A stretch of DNA of 61,096 nt, the filler included, from Basidioascus undulatus (Eukaryota), in the NCBI GenBank assembly GCA_000826855.1. It is 11 parts of 11 records of this genome, joined end to end, with 100 filler letters (N's around TTAATTAATTAA, not from the genome) between each part and the next. Parts side by side here need not be neighbours in the genome. Positions count along the whole stretch, not along the records: positions 46,620 to 50,166 come from JTLS01002386.1; positions 50,267 to 53,810 come from JTLS01002387.1; positions 53,911 to 57,454 come from JTLS01002388.1; positions 57,555 to 61,096 come from JTLS01002389.1; 7 more parts are not named here. One strand, written 5' to 3'. The stretch's first letter is position 1, and the number at the start of each line of letters is the position of its first letter. Positions 49,790 through 61,096 of the stretch are shown here, piece after piece. A program made the position numbers and the translations under genes. The notes beneath the pieces are model-generated. The model was not told the origin of the DNA and searched no databases. It was given only the letters and a program-made list of their open reading frames with translations.

Positions 49790-50166
49790 TCAACCACCGA
49801 CCGCCTCCCCCTCGGGTCTCCCGACCCTTCTGCGCTCGCCCTCGACCCACATGCCCGTCCCAGCTCCTAGCCACCTCTCCCTCTCCCTCTCCCACCCTTC
49901 CTCTTCCTCCCCTTCCTCCCCTTCCTCCCCTTCCTCCTCCTCCTCTTTCCCCTCCTCCCCATCTAACCAGCTCAACCGCGGGTCGAACCCGAGCGCATGC
50001 GCCTCGTGCGTCGAGTCCGGCCGGGGCGGGGCGTGCCGCCGCTCCTCGCTCTGCGTAAGCCGGCGCGGGTGCTCCCCGAAGAGCGCGCCGGTCGACGTGC
50101 GCCGCTTGAGGGAGGATTGGCGACTGTGCGACTGCGGGGGGGGAGGCGGGGAGGGGCGACGCCGCG
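49790..50166 (-). CDS. 3' end of a hypothetical protein with a Glu-rich tract
   Basis: Open frame from the contig edge (LKRRTSTGALFGEHPRR...EEEEEGEE) to a stop at 49790. Confidence 0.4.
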
Positions 50167-50370
50167 NNNNNNNNNNNNNNNNNNNNNNNNNNNNNNNNNN
50201 NNNNNNNNNNTTAATTAATTAANNNNNNNNNNNNNNNNNNNNNNNNNNNNNNNNNNNNNNNNNNNNCTGCGAGCCACTAAGCGATGAAAGGGTTCAGCGA
50301 CGAAAGGGATTGTTAACCGTCAAAGTGGTGTCAAAGGCTAGATTATTCTTTTAATCTCCAATACAGCATA

Positions 50371-50442
50371 TCCTCGTTGGTGCAGTGGCTAACATCGGGT
50401 GTTCTCACCGCCCAGCCCCGGGTTCGATTCCCGGACGGGGAA
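50371..50442 (+). tRNA. tRNA-Glu(CTC), intronless
   Basis: Acceptor stem TCCTCGT/ACGGGGA, anticodon arm GGGTG-TTCTCAC-CGCCC, T arm CCGGG-TTCGATT-CCCGG. Confidence 0.96.
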
Positions 50443-50766
50443 AGATTATCGGGGCCGGGTGCCAAGAATCCCAACACTTCTTTTACCTCGCTGTAAACTT
50501 GTTTGTGCCATTTGCTGATCTTTTGTTCAGAGCATCAAGTGAGCCTCCTTACCCTGTCCTGTCTTGCAGACTCCCATATAAGCCTGAATGCAGAGGGTAT
50601 CGCCGCGCACGCAAACCGCAGCGGAGGAGATCCAGCAACATCAACAAGCTCATGCTGTACAACGATTCTGACATCGAGCATACAAGCCAAATACGCTCTC
50701 AGCATGAGGTGCGAGCTGAAGCCCGTGCACACGACGGCCATAGCAGACGTAGATCAAAATAGCAAT

Positions 50767-53264
50767 TCATACGCGCGAAATGAAATTCCTGTCCACGCAG
50801 AGTTTTGCCGTCAAGAAGCATATGGACGCACAAAAAGCCATCACGCCGTTGCTTCGAGTAAGTGAGCGAAAGTCAGCATCGGACAATGGCTCAAGGGCAC
50901 GGCATAACGCACAATACAAGCGCATGGACGTAGCCATCTGCCCGCGAGCTGATCGCACCGTAGATAGCTCCAGATATCTGCGGGATGAGGTCGTTAGCGA
51001 GTTCAGTATGAATGCGATCGGGCGTCGTGGCTTACAGGCGGTCCGCTGCAGATTCAGCAGGCGGGGATCAGCACGGGGTTTCTTTCGGCCAGGATTGCGG
51101 ACGTACACGAGAGACCCAAAGGATTGGACGGCTACAGGAATACAGCGTGATAGTCAGCAGTCGAATTTTTCGTTGCAAGGAAACTTGAACCTCACTGAAG
51201 ACTCCCCCAATCCACGTCCCTGTCTTGCGCGGGTCAGTGACGATGCTGGCGACGCAAGGCGTTTGCAGCGAAAAGACTGCGACCCATACCCATCCACTAT
51301 CAGCTACGAGAATAGCCCTGAAAGATCGAAAAAGTTAAACTTACAGGATCCAGTGAAGACACCGTAAAGCACGGCTGCCGAATCCCGCATGTCAGTGAGG
51401 GCTTCGAAAGTAGAACGATAGCTTGTGAGGTACCGATAATAGTGATAGACGCGGTGCTGTTTGCGCCGACCCAGCCGAAGAACACCATGCTGAAGGCGAA
51501 GGCAGAAAAGGCGATGCCGTTATAGCTGTGGGAGCATGATGGTTGAGAACATGCAAAGAAGGCCGAAGGTGTGCATGGACAGCGCACCTCCCGGTCTTGT
51601 CAGCAATCATGCCAGCGACAATGCGCCCTACGCCCGAGCCGGCGTTGATAATCGCGAGCCTGGGAAGTATTGAGAGGTGAGGATGCGTATTTCGATTCGG
51701 GAGGAGCGCAGGATTGGTCGAACAGGTACGGCGCGACCGAGCCCACGTTGTACAGCTTTCCGTAGTCCTGCACGATGACTGAGAGATGGCGATAGGTGAA
51801 AACTCTTTCTCATGGAATAAACAAAATGGCTTACACATGCCGTAGTCTGAATGCAATATAGTCGATATCAGCCAATCCTCGAGGTTCTCCCCCGACGCTC
51901 CTCACGACCATCAAGAACGCACAGATCTAGCATGTCGAGGCCCAGCCTGTCAGCCACATCACTAAAATATTGAAACATGCCGGAATGAGATGGCGCACGC
52001 AAAGAAGGCAGAAAAAGCCGCCAGCACAGGTGAAGATGTAGTCTTTCCGCTTGAAGGCCTCCATGTCGAACAGCGAGCCCGGCGGCTTGGGCGGCAGGCG
52101 GCTGCGCGTCAGCAAGCAGCCGAGGGCGAGGATGCCGAGGATGATGAATGCGACTGTGGCGATATATTGTGAGCCCGAGTCCCACGAAACCACACGAGTG
52201 GCGGACGTACCGATGCGGACAGCCCATCCGAACCCGACTTTGGGGAAGAGCTGCGCGAGAATAACAGGCCATATTACAGCGCCCTGCACGAAATGAAAGA
52301 GACCATAGGATAATTTGTCGAGAGGATTCGGGATGCGGCAGGAAGGGACGTACCCATGACCCGCCGGAAATGGCCAGGCCAGCGGCAGTCCCGCGCTTCG
52401 TGGAGAACCATTGGGCAGTGACAGACAGGGGAACGACGAAGCTGTGCGATTAATCTTACGGGGGATGAGGAGATGCAGTGTTTGAGTGGCAGAATGAAGA
52501 CGAACACTGGACTCGATGCAAGACCGAGAAGGAAGTGGGCGAGGATGAACTGGTCTGCTTGCGATGCTCGATTTCAGATGTGCTCCAAGACGCCCACGGT
52601 GGTCACGATCGAAAGACGCCGCACAATATTCGGACCCGAGGGAAATCATGAAAAGTGCGAAAGTGAGCACGATCGAGGCTGGCATGACGACTTTCTGTAC
52701 TCTCGCTCAAAGGATGAGCTGGATCTTCGGGCTGATAGATGGGGCTGATTAAGACTCACCGTCGCTCCGTAGGTATCAAATATTGGTCCCACAAAGACCC
52801 CACCGAAACTCATGCCAAAGCTCCCGAAGCTGCCAATCCACTGGATGTCGCTCGACGATCGATGTGCAAGCTGATGCGAGCCGTAGTAGGACAGAAACTG
52901 TCCCGCGGACATGATGATGCCTGTTGATCTAGGTGTGAGTAGTTCTTTATGTGAGGTGAATTGTGGATAAAACGACGCACCGAGCGATCCTGAGATCAAC
53001 AGGCCTGCACCAACAACCGTCACCCACGCCCGCCAGCCGCCGTTCGGATCTGTTGTACAAATGGATGAGCGGCGTGTCTCTTCAAAGTCAGAAAGAGCAT
53101 GTTTCTGACTCACAAGTGATCTGCGCAATAGCATCCAGCTCTTCCCGCTCCCTGTCTTCCACCGCCGGCGCGCCCTGCACCCCATCCAGAACCGTCTTCT
53201 CCTGATCCTCCGCCTCGCTCCTCTCCGATTCGCAGCGCGGCAGTGCTTCTCTCTGAGCCTGCAT
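50767..53264 (-). CDS. MFS transporter, monocarboxylate permease (Mch-like) family, multi-exon
   Basis: PNGGWRAWVTVVG, SSSDIQWIGS, QWFSTKRGTAAGLAISG, VGFGWAVRI, AIINAGSGVGRIVAGMIADKTGR; stop at 50767. Confidence 0.92.
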
Positions 53265-54252
53265 GCTCACTATCCCCCCTGCAAATTGGTGAAGATGATG
53301 GTATGAGGACAAGCCCAGTCACGGGCACGAGCGCGGCAAACGCGCACTCGGAAGTCGACAGGGGAAGCACGCGAGGCAGCGCCGGGTTGAACGTTTGACC
53401 GCCGGCGGAAGGAGGAAGGACCGGCTGGCGCTCGGAGACAGCGTAGCCAACGTCCGTTGCTCGACTGCACCCCAGGAAATCATGAGGATGTTACTTCCGC
53501 ATAACATTTATGATGTAGTTCTCTGTGAAAATAGATCATCGCTGAAGGCAGAAGACCAAAGACTCGCGAAAGGGACACGAGGCTCTCGTCAGTGATCGGC
53601 AGGCACGGAGCTATCTATACCTACAGTAGGTGGTCGGTGCGCTCTTCTGGCTTTTTTATTCCGCTTCACCGACTGCTTCCGAAACACTGCACCTCAGAAT
53701 TTGGAGTGTAGGTAGTTCTGGGAAAGATACCAAACTACGTAGAGGACTTTAATTTACAGCACCACTGTCAAAAAAAAAAAAAAAAAAGACGGGGCTGAGG
53801 GGGTTTCCTTNNNNNNNNNNNNNNNNNNNNNNNNNNNNNNNNNNNNNNNNNNNNTTAATTAATTAANNNNNNNNNNNNNNNNNNNNNNNNNNNNNNNNNN
53901 NNNNNNNNNNCCCACCGCCCGGTTGTACATCTTCCGCCCCCCCTCCTGCCACAACTTCTTTCAGAAACAGATTTTTTGAAAGTTGGGCTCTGTATCAGTA
54001 GTGGCTCTTCATGCATGTCGACGAGGAGTGTGGCTGTGTCAGAGGACGGCAGCCCAAAACGCATCGAAAGGCGAAACGTTGATTCGCAAATTTCAGCGGG
54101 GTTTGGTTCGAGCGACGCCTTCAACCTGACATTATACTCGGGATTACAGACCAAGCCATCCGATCCACATAATCATCTTTCCAAATCTTTTTCCAAAGCT
54201 TTCAACCATCGAAACAGAAAGCCCAACACCGCCGCCCAGACAAGGACTCTTT

Positions 54253-54613
54253 CTATGCCCCGTTGGCCCCAAACCCAGGAGGTGCTACTACTAGCGGTCC
54301 GAGCTCCTCCGGGAATAGGGGAGGTGAAGGAAGGAGAGTCTGAAGCTGTGGCGAGTTGGACATTAATGGGAGTCCAAGTGTGACCGTTGGAGATGGCTCC
54401 GACTCCGAGAGGTCAATTACAGTGTCCTGCCGCTTTTTGTGCCCGTGCGAAGGTGTCTGCGGGCCAATATCTACATCAATTGCTGCCTCGGCCCTACAGC
54501 TGCACAACGGAGAAGGAGGACTGTGTATGGGAGCACCGCACCTCGCCTCCAAGCGGAACGGCGAGCGCGACAGCAGATAGGCCTGTGATGGCAACGGGAA
54601 GGAAGGACCTCAT
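54253..54613 (-). CDS. Small secreted Pro-rich protein (~105 aa, two exons)
   Basis: Signal peptide MRSFLPVAITGLSAVALAVP, one intron (donor uncertain), KKRQ Kex2-like site, Pro-rich C-terminus. Confidence 0.5.
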
Positions 54614-57554
54614 GATTGCCGTCGGTCTTCGAAGGCGTAGCTGTACGTGGCTGGAAGATGTAAGTACGTCCCAGGCCAAGCTCAGCTGCAGTGCGAGCCA
54701 AATAGCTTTCAACGGATGTTTCGCCGCAGTTTCACTTGCGGTGAACATCCTAAGATTCAGAGAGCTAGTTCAGACATCGCGGGATTATGCGGTCCCAAAG
54801 TCTTGTCTTCGTTGGTCTTCGGTCTGGGAATCTACTAGTCTACATGTTAGTGGATCTCCGAGGCGGACAGCCCAACGGCACCGTCGATGTTGTTGTGCTT
54901 TCCAAATTGCAGTCTCTGGCATCGCGCCATGCAGACCCTGAAGCATGGCAGCCCATGATTATGAATTCTGAAACGTCGGAATGAAGGTGTTTGAACAAGC
55001 AGCAACACTCTGCCCGGTCGGCACCACATCGTTGGGCCATGCTGTGCACGCGTGCCTTTTGCCCGTGAATTTCCCATTCATGCAGAGGAATTCAATTTTT
55101 TCATGAGAAGTGTTTACTCGAATGAAAATAGACAAGACGCCTTCGCTGGATGGCGTCCAAGTTGTCAAGGCATTGCCCGTTATATCCAGCCATTCTGAGC
55201 GTTGAGCCACCTCGTTTGTTTGTGGATGAACCGCCTATATCCTCCATGCACTAGATTCCCGTTCCTCCTCTTGATTCTGTACCATCCCCCCCTTTCGCCA
55301 TGCTTGTCCCCGCGTTCACGGCTATCCTCTTCGTACACCGGGTTTACACTGGCTCGACAAGCTGATACCCTTTTTTCTTCTTCTTCTTTTTCATTCATCT
55401 AGGTGTAACCGTGGGCGGTGCCGAGGTGGGAGGTGCAGGGGGGACAGCAGCGGGCTTTCCCGGAGTCATCCCCCCGGATGGCTTTAACCCCTTCGCTGGT
55501 GAGTCAAGTGCCGCTCTAGGCTTGCAATCATACGACTAGGAGCTTCTCCGTGTGTTGAAAAAACTAAAAATATTGCTCGCAGATGGTACCGGCATTGGTG
55601 GCGGGGCCGCAGATGAGCAGTTGTGCTGGAGAGTGTGCTGGAAGTGTGATGCACAGCGAGCTGGTGGAGCGCTGCACGGCTCGTGGCCTACCTGCACGGC
55701 TGGTGGATTACTTTCGAGATGCCCGGATTAGCTCACCTATAATTCTCTCAAGGCGGTACGTTTCTCACCCGGTTCCTTGACCTACTTCGCCGATCTCTAA
55801 CCCCAGCTGCTCAACAGTCCCGTCCAACTCGGACATACCGGAAGGGACCGGAGGACTGCGGTGATGTGGACAACCCTCAGGAGGTCGAGACGTACTGTAG
55901 AACGAAAGTGATGAAATGATCGCAGCCGGTGACCATGAGCAGGTTCGCGAGGAGCTTGGCGATCTGGAGCCTCACTGTTCAGTGTCGCACTCGAGCGAAA
56001 GGTGTGAAAGCTGCACTTGCAATCGGCGCTCGGCTGCGGTCCTTCTTGTCCGAGTTTCTCCTGGGAAGAGTTCTTCCGGGTTAGGAGAGTTTCTCCTGCA
56101 GCAGATGAATTCCTCCTGTGGTGGGAGATGACTCATGTACTAGATGTGCTTCTATGATTTCCGGAAGTATCACCCTGAGCCCAGGTACTTTCCATGAAGT
56201 GCACATGTCATCCTGTGGGCCGGGTTACCGGCTGCACGCACCCACCCCCGACCCACACGGGCTAACGGAACGCTGGATAGACAGTGAGAGCAGGTGCATG
56301 TCTTCCAGTCGTCCCAGCCTCTCTGTACGGCCGCTAAAGCCCACACCCGCACCCACATCAACATTGAAATGCGAAGCGAGATGATATGATGATGATATGC
56401 CGATGCTCCTGCAGATGATACTGGAAATTAAATATGATCAGAAGAAACTTGATAAACGTGCAAGTAGGAAATCGAAGACGTAAAGGCTCCTCGATAAAAC
56501 GCAAGCTCAAGCGAAGCGGAGATTAAAGCGACCCAAGCAAGCTACCCTTTTCTCTGGTTGCTCAGCCTCACAACACTCCCTCTTCTCCCCAACCGCTCCC
56601 CTTTTGACTCCGTCCTCCACCTCGAAACTTTTGCTATTGACGATGCCTACGAGCTCGTGAAGTCGTTCTGAATATTTCACAAATATCATGAAGATTCGAC
56701 CGACCTTCACCGCAGGCAGACTGGCCTACACGACGCACTCAAGGGGAAAATGACGCTCGCGAGCTTCGACTTGGGTTGCACACCCAACTGTCCAAGGCGA
56801 ATTTCCAATGCCTTACCTGGGAGCACCAAGAGTTGGAGCTACTTGCTCTCGGGTTTGACTGGCTGATTGACGAGGTGTCCGACGGTGGTGATGAGGAGGA
56901 GGATAATGAGAGAAGGGAAACGGACAGCAGGGTACTTTGAACTCGAAAGGCATAGAAGCAGGCATGCTAACCTTCATCTCCCTCTTACCAAGATCGGCGG
57001 TATCGGTCTCATGGCCTCACTCATGATCAACGCGATGCAAGATTGCAATACCTTACCCAAGGTTTCAGACCTCGAGTACCCGCGCTGCAAGCGGTGCGGG
57101 CCGATAGACTTTTTTGACAAATCGTACCTCGTCGAGGCCAAGGAGCATTAGATTGACAAGATCTAGGGAGGGAAGGACGATCAAAAGAGCGAGCGCGGTG
57201 AGGTGGCGAGAGTTCTTTCGAGCTCATCGGAGCTGGAACCAGCTGCGATCTTTGCCAAAATAGAGCGTACGGAAATGCAAGATGGGTATAGCAACAGCAT
57301 ACTCATACAACAAGAAGACCTCCCCCTTCCCTCACCTCCCCGCGTCCCTCGCCTACCAGATCTCCCCTGACTCCCCTCCCTCCCCGCGCAGCCCCTCCCC
57401 CGCGCTGCCATCATGCGCTTCCCGAGCCCGAACTCCTCGTACTCCCACACCTCCNNNNNNNNNNNNNNNNNNNNNNNNNNNNNNNNNNNNNNNNNNNNTT
57501 AATTAATTAANNNNNNNNNNNNNNNNNNNNNNNNNNNNNNNNNNNNNNNNNNNN

Positions 57555-58189
57555 ACTTCATCCGCCTAGGCTCCGACAGGCGCGCAGCGCTGCAAGCCCT
57601 CCTCGCATGCAGTGCGTCTGGTTCCCCTCTTCCTCGCCCTTCCTTCCTTCTTGGGTCTTCCCCTGGCTAACGCGCCCCTCTCCCCTCGCAGCCTACGTTA
57701 CCGGACAACTACGCCACCCCCGCAACCTCCAGCGCCTTCGCCTCCTCGTCCGAGGAGCCCACTCCAAAGGTGATGACCGTCGCGTCCGCAGCGACGCACC
57801 CAGGCGGGGGGCCGACGCACACCCTGCACTCGACCTCGGACGCCCACCAAACCGAGGTGTCATCCTCCTCCTCGTTCGCCCCGTCCGCCTTCTCCTTCCG
57901 CACCCCCGCCCTCGGCGCCCTCGCCTCGTACCTCCCCGCCCTTCCCTCCGCCAAGCCGCCCCAGAAGGTCGAGCCCCTCCGCCGCCCGCTCGACGAGGAG
58001 GAGCGCGCGGGATTGTTCGTCCTCGGCGGCGTGCTACTTGCGGGGTACTTCCTCGCTAAGGACCGCAGCGGGCACGGCGAGAAGGGCACGGCGGAGGGTA
58101 AGGCGACCGCTGTGGGTGTGGCCGCGGCGGACCTGCCTCATTTCGAGAGCGGGCGGAACGTCGTGGGTGGGGCGGTGAGAAAGGTGTGA
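57555..58189 (+). CDS. 3' part of a hypothetical single-pass membrane protein
   Basis: GC3-rich frame ending RRPLDEEERAGLFVLGGVLLAGYFL...VRKV*. Confidence 0.65.
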
Positions 58190-58379
58190 GAAGGCGTTGA
58201 GTTTGGTATGAGGGAAGCGCTGGCGGGAAGCGCTAGCGGCGCAAAGAAGGTTGGGCAGGATGTAGATTTGGATGGACAGTCTTGCTCATGCCCGACCAAA
58301 ATAAGTCTGCCACTCGCTGGACTGATACCTGTCCACTAGCTGGAGCATTACGATTCCCTGCTACTCTACAGACCCCCGA

Positions 58380-59200
58380 CGACCACCCCCGCCACCACCA
58401 CTCCCCAGACCCCCCACCTCACGCCCCAGCCCCACTATCATAAACGACCTCCTGCCCCTGGACGTTCCCATCTAGCCACGGGGTCCCCTGCGCCCCGGAA
58501 TCCTCCTGCGGCTGCTCCCGCACCTCATTCGCCAACTCGCAGGCGCTCACGCTCCGCACGCCGCCGGGGTTCAGGACCGTCAGCGGCACGGGCGTGATGG
58601 CGAAGAGCTCGTGGCCGGCGAAGCGGGGGGGTGAGTGGTGAGGGGAGGTGGGAAGAGGGAAAGTGAGGGGAGATGGACGTTAGGCTTGTTTTTTGAGGCA
58701 CTCAGGGAGGACGTAATTAGGTGCTTGTCCTGCTCCCCGGCTCGGAGGAGAGGAACGTCGGGCCCGCGGAGACGGTCAGGTTGGTGTCTGTCTCGGATGA
58801 GACGAGGTACTGTCCTCCCCTAACTTCCATCAGCTTCTTGGAAGGAAAAGAGAAAAAGAAAGAAAGAAAGAAAAAGACTCGTGATGTCCAGCCCCTCGAA
58901 CGCCGTGCTCGCGTCCGAGGTGCCCGAGCTCTGCGCGGAGGAGAGCTTGCCGTTGCCGGAGACCTGGCCGTCCAACCGACCAGGTCGGTCCAGCGTAACA
59001 GTTTGCCAGTACCTGATTTTGAGGCACGCACCTCGACGGCAATCGCAATAGTTCCCCCAACAGTCAACTCGCTCTGCGGGGGCGTCTATGAATGCCAACC
59101 CGCGCGTGAACAGCTGCCCTTCACGACCTTTTGGGCGACGACCAGTGCCGTTCCGAGGGTAGAAGGAGAAGGAGTGTTGGTGTCCCCTGCTGGGATCGGG
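58380..59200 (-). pseudogene. Frameshifted secreted/cell-surface protein gene (basidiomycete hypothetical)
   Basis: Coherent peptide AQKVVKG/QLFTRGLAFIDAP/QSELTVGGTIAIAVE|VSGNGKL...|YLVSSETDTNLTVSAGP...|HELFAITPVPLTV with a hydrophobic tail; needs 1-nt shifts at ~59115 and ~59080. Confidence 0.5.
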
Positions 59201-59802
59201 GTGAAAGAAGTGTGGAAGATGGGTGTTGTACGAGGAAGAGATGTGGTACTTGCCTCGTGTCGTTGCAGTGAAAGAAAGCAATTGAAAGCGGGGCGGCGAC
59301 CGACGGATCCTGAGCATGTGGGTTCATTGCTAAGAGCCCCTGAAGAACTCCGTCTCAATCTTCGGGGGGATTTGAAGCCGATGAATATAAGGCAAGCTGG
59401 TCGTCCGCGTGGTTCGTGGGTCCGTGGCGCCAGAAGGCTCGAGAGGGGAGAAGGCTGTGAAACGGCACTGCGTCTTCGCAGCGACTGCACGAAGGCGGCA
59501 GCTACGCAGCCGTGAGACAGCTGCTTACGCAGTCATAATCACAAACTAGTGTCAAGGCATGAGAATACTGACACCGAATGATTAACTGAAGAAAAAGACA
59601 TGGAAAGGCGGGATGTTGAACTACGACAGTGTTGCAAATGCAGTCCGTCCCGTATCCAAGGAAATGGCAGAAGTTAACGACTGACACTTGGACATGAAAT
59701 TTGCATTGATGGTACAGAAGAATAGAAAATGTATATGCGATTCCTCGAACTCCTCCCAACCGATCCCATCTGCCCTCCAATTGCCAGCACTCCACAAGCC
59801 CC

Positions 59803-60983
59803 TCAGTGCACCTCGTCCTCCTTCTTCTTCCCCTCCTCCTTCTTCTCCCTCTCCGCATCCACCTTCTTGTGCGCCTCCTTGTTCGCATTGACCTTCTTCG
59901 CCCGGCCCTTCTTCGCCTTGTCCTCCGACTCGGCCTCGGCCCTGTGCTTCGCCGCGTCGATGGACGCGTGGTCGAGCAGCTTGGCGAAGTCGCCCTCCTC
60001 GTGCTTGCCCGACTCCTTGTTGTGCTTGATTTTGCGGTTCTGCGGGGGCACGCCGGGATGGATGATATTAGCTCGGATACTTCTGGGCCTTTCGTGAAGG
60101 TTCAGAGATTGGGAAGGCTCACCTTGCCCTTCCGACCCTTCTCTTTAGCTAGGACTTTCGCACGCTCGTCCTGTTGAGTGGTGAGTGTGAGCATATAATG
60201 ACAACGAAAGTTTTGAAAAATGTGACGTACCTCCCTATCCCGGTCCTTCTTGTACTCATCTTCCCCTTCAAAATTCAGAAAGTCGTCGAGATCATCGCGG
60301 TGCTTCGACTTCTTGCGCTCGCGGTCCTTTGCTTTCTGTGGAAGGCGCAAAGGCATCTCGGTAAACTGTAGTAGTAGTAAGATCAAAGCATTTACCTTCT
60401 TGTGCTGGTCGCCTTTGAAGAGCTGTGATTGGCCCAGAGAGTCAACCCGGAACATCTCAGAGTGACTGTAGCAAGAAGACATACCTTGTCGTAGTCGTCG
60501 TACTCGTTCTCGTCGAGCTCAAAGTTGTCTTTTTTGAACTCGTCCTTCTTAAAGGAACCTATAGAAGAGCCATGTCGGCCGCTTGGTTACACTGCGGCTT
60601 CGAGTACCAGTATGCGTACCTTTGACTGCCTCCTTCTTCTTGGCCCCCTTCAGCTTGTCGTCCTCTTTCTTGGCTTTGGCCTTCTTCGCTCGTTCCGAAG
60701 CCTCCTTCTCCCGTAGGTCAAAGTCGTCCTTCTTTCCCTCATCCAGCTTGTACTTCAGTGCGTCCAGCTTCTTCTTCTCCCCTTCGGCCTTGTACTTGTT
60801 TTTGTCGTCGTCATCATGGTGATCGTCATCGCGGTGTCCGTCATCACGGCGCAAGACTCCGACATGGGCGTGTGATGAGCCGAATAAAGGGTGGGCAAGA
60901 CTGCTGGCTGGGGAGGGCAGTGGGCGGCAGATGGCGAGCGAGGAGAGGGAGGCAACGGCGAGGACGAGCGTTACAGAGCGCAT
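59803..60983 (-). CDS. Secreted, highly charged Lys/Asp/Glu/His-rich protein, 6 exons
   Basis: Signal peptide MRSVTLVLAVASLSSLAIC, RR site, in-frame exons (SFKKDEFKKDNFE, LFKGDQHKK, KAKDRERKK, DERAKV, NRKIKHNK); TGA at 59805-59803. Confidence 0.85.
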
Positions 60984-61068
60984 CGCGGGAAGCGGTCGAT
61001 TTGTGAGGGGAGGAGTGGGGGATGGGGCGGATGGTGAGGTGTGGGGATGTTGAGTGAGCGCCGCAGCC

Positions 61069-61074
61069 TTTATA
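61069..61074 (-). promoter_or_regulatory. TATA box of the 60983 gene
   Basis: TATAAA on the minus strand about 85 bp upstream of the ATG, in a GC-rich context. Confidence 0.55.
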
Positions 61075-61096
61075 GATGCTCTAGAGGAGGCTGCCC

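Noticed and set aside
49870..49960. CT-rich or GA-rich low-complexity tracts here and at most contig ends
   Set aside because: Simple repeats (Glu/Pro codons, intron pyrimidine tracts). They probably explain the assembly breaks and are not a distinct element.
56990..57330. Coding-looking stretch with in-frame TAG stops
   Set aside because: Possibly a gene relic, but no recognisable family or boundaries.
24537..57554. Regularly spaced TTAATTAATTAA palindromes about every 3.65 kb
   Set aside because: Artificial stop-codon linkers between length-sorted contigs. Neither the periodicity nor cross-spacer gene neighbourhoods are biological.

Overview
This is eukaryotic, GC-rich, intron-dense DNA from a basidiomycete fungus (Pucciniomycotina-like by inference only). 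It is not one locus: 11 contigs (one of 24.5 kb, then ten of about 3.54-3.57 kb in decreasing length) are joined by artificial N44-TTAATTAATTAA-N44 spacers, so adjacency across spacers is meaningless. Recognisable genes: probable SEC65 (5' end), two MFS monocarboxylate-type transporters, a derlin with SHP box, VPS29, a TPR-like protein, linker histone H1, RAI1/DXO, an Hst3/4-like sirtuin (N-terminal half only), LSM12, POM33/TMEM33, probable MTC1 (5' end), a RING-HC E3, a PH-CNH protein, NPR3, a COQ11-like SDR, an Slx4-like fragment, tRNA-Asp(GTC) and tRNA-Glu(CTC). Accessory content: an unassigned ~1,650-aa helical protein with a decayed tandem copy, several disrupted secreted, F-box and HNH-like genes, and a CpG-depleted block containing an array of degenerate TCCGACATGTCGGA palindromes. 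Two contigs have abrupt gene-to-gene junctions that may be misassemblies. I found no new system that I can support. The best leads are the palindrome array with its TCG-context mutation pattern and the large duplicated orphan protein. All family calls come from reading motifs by eye; no searches were run.
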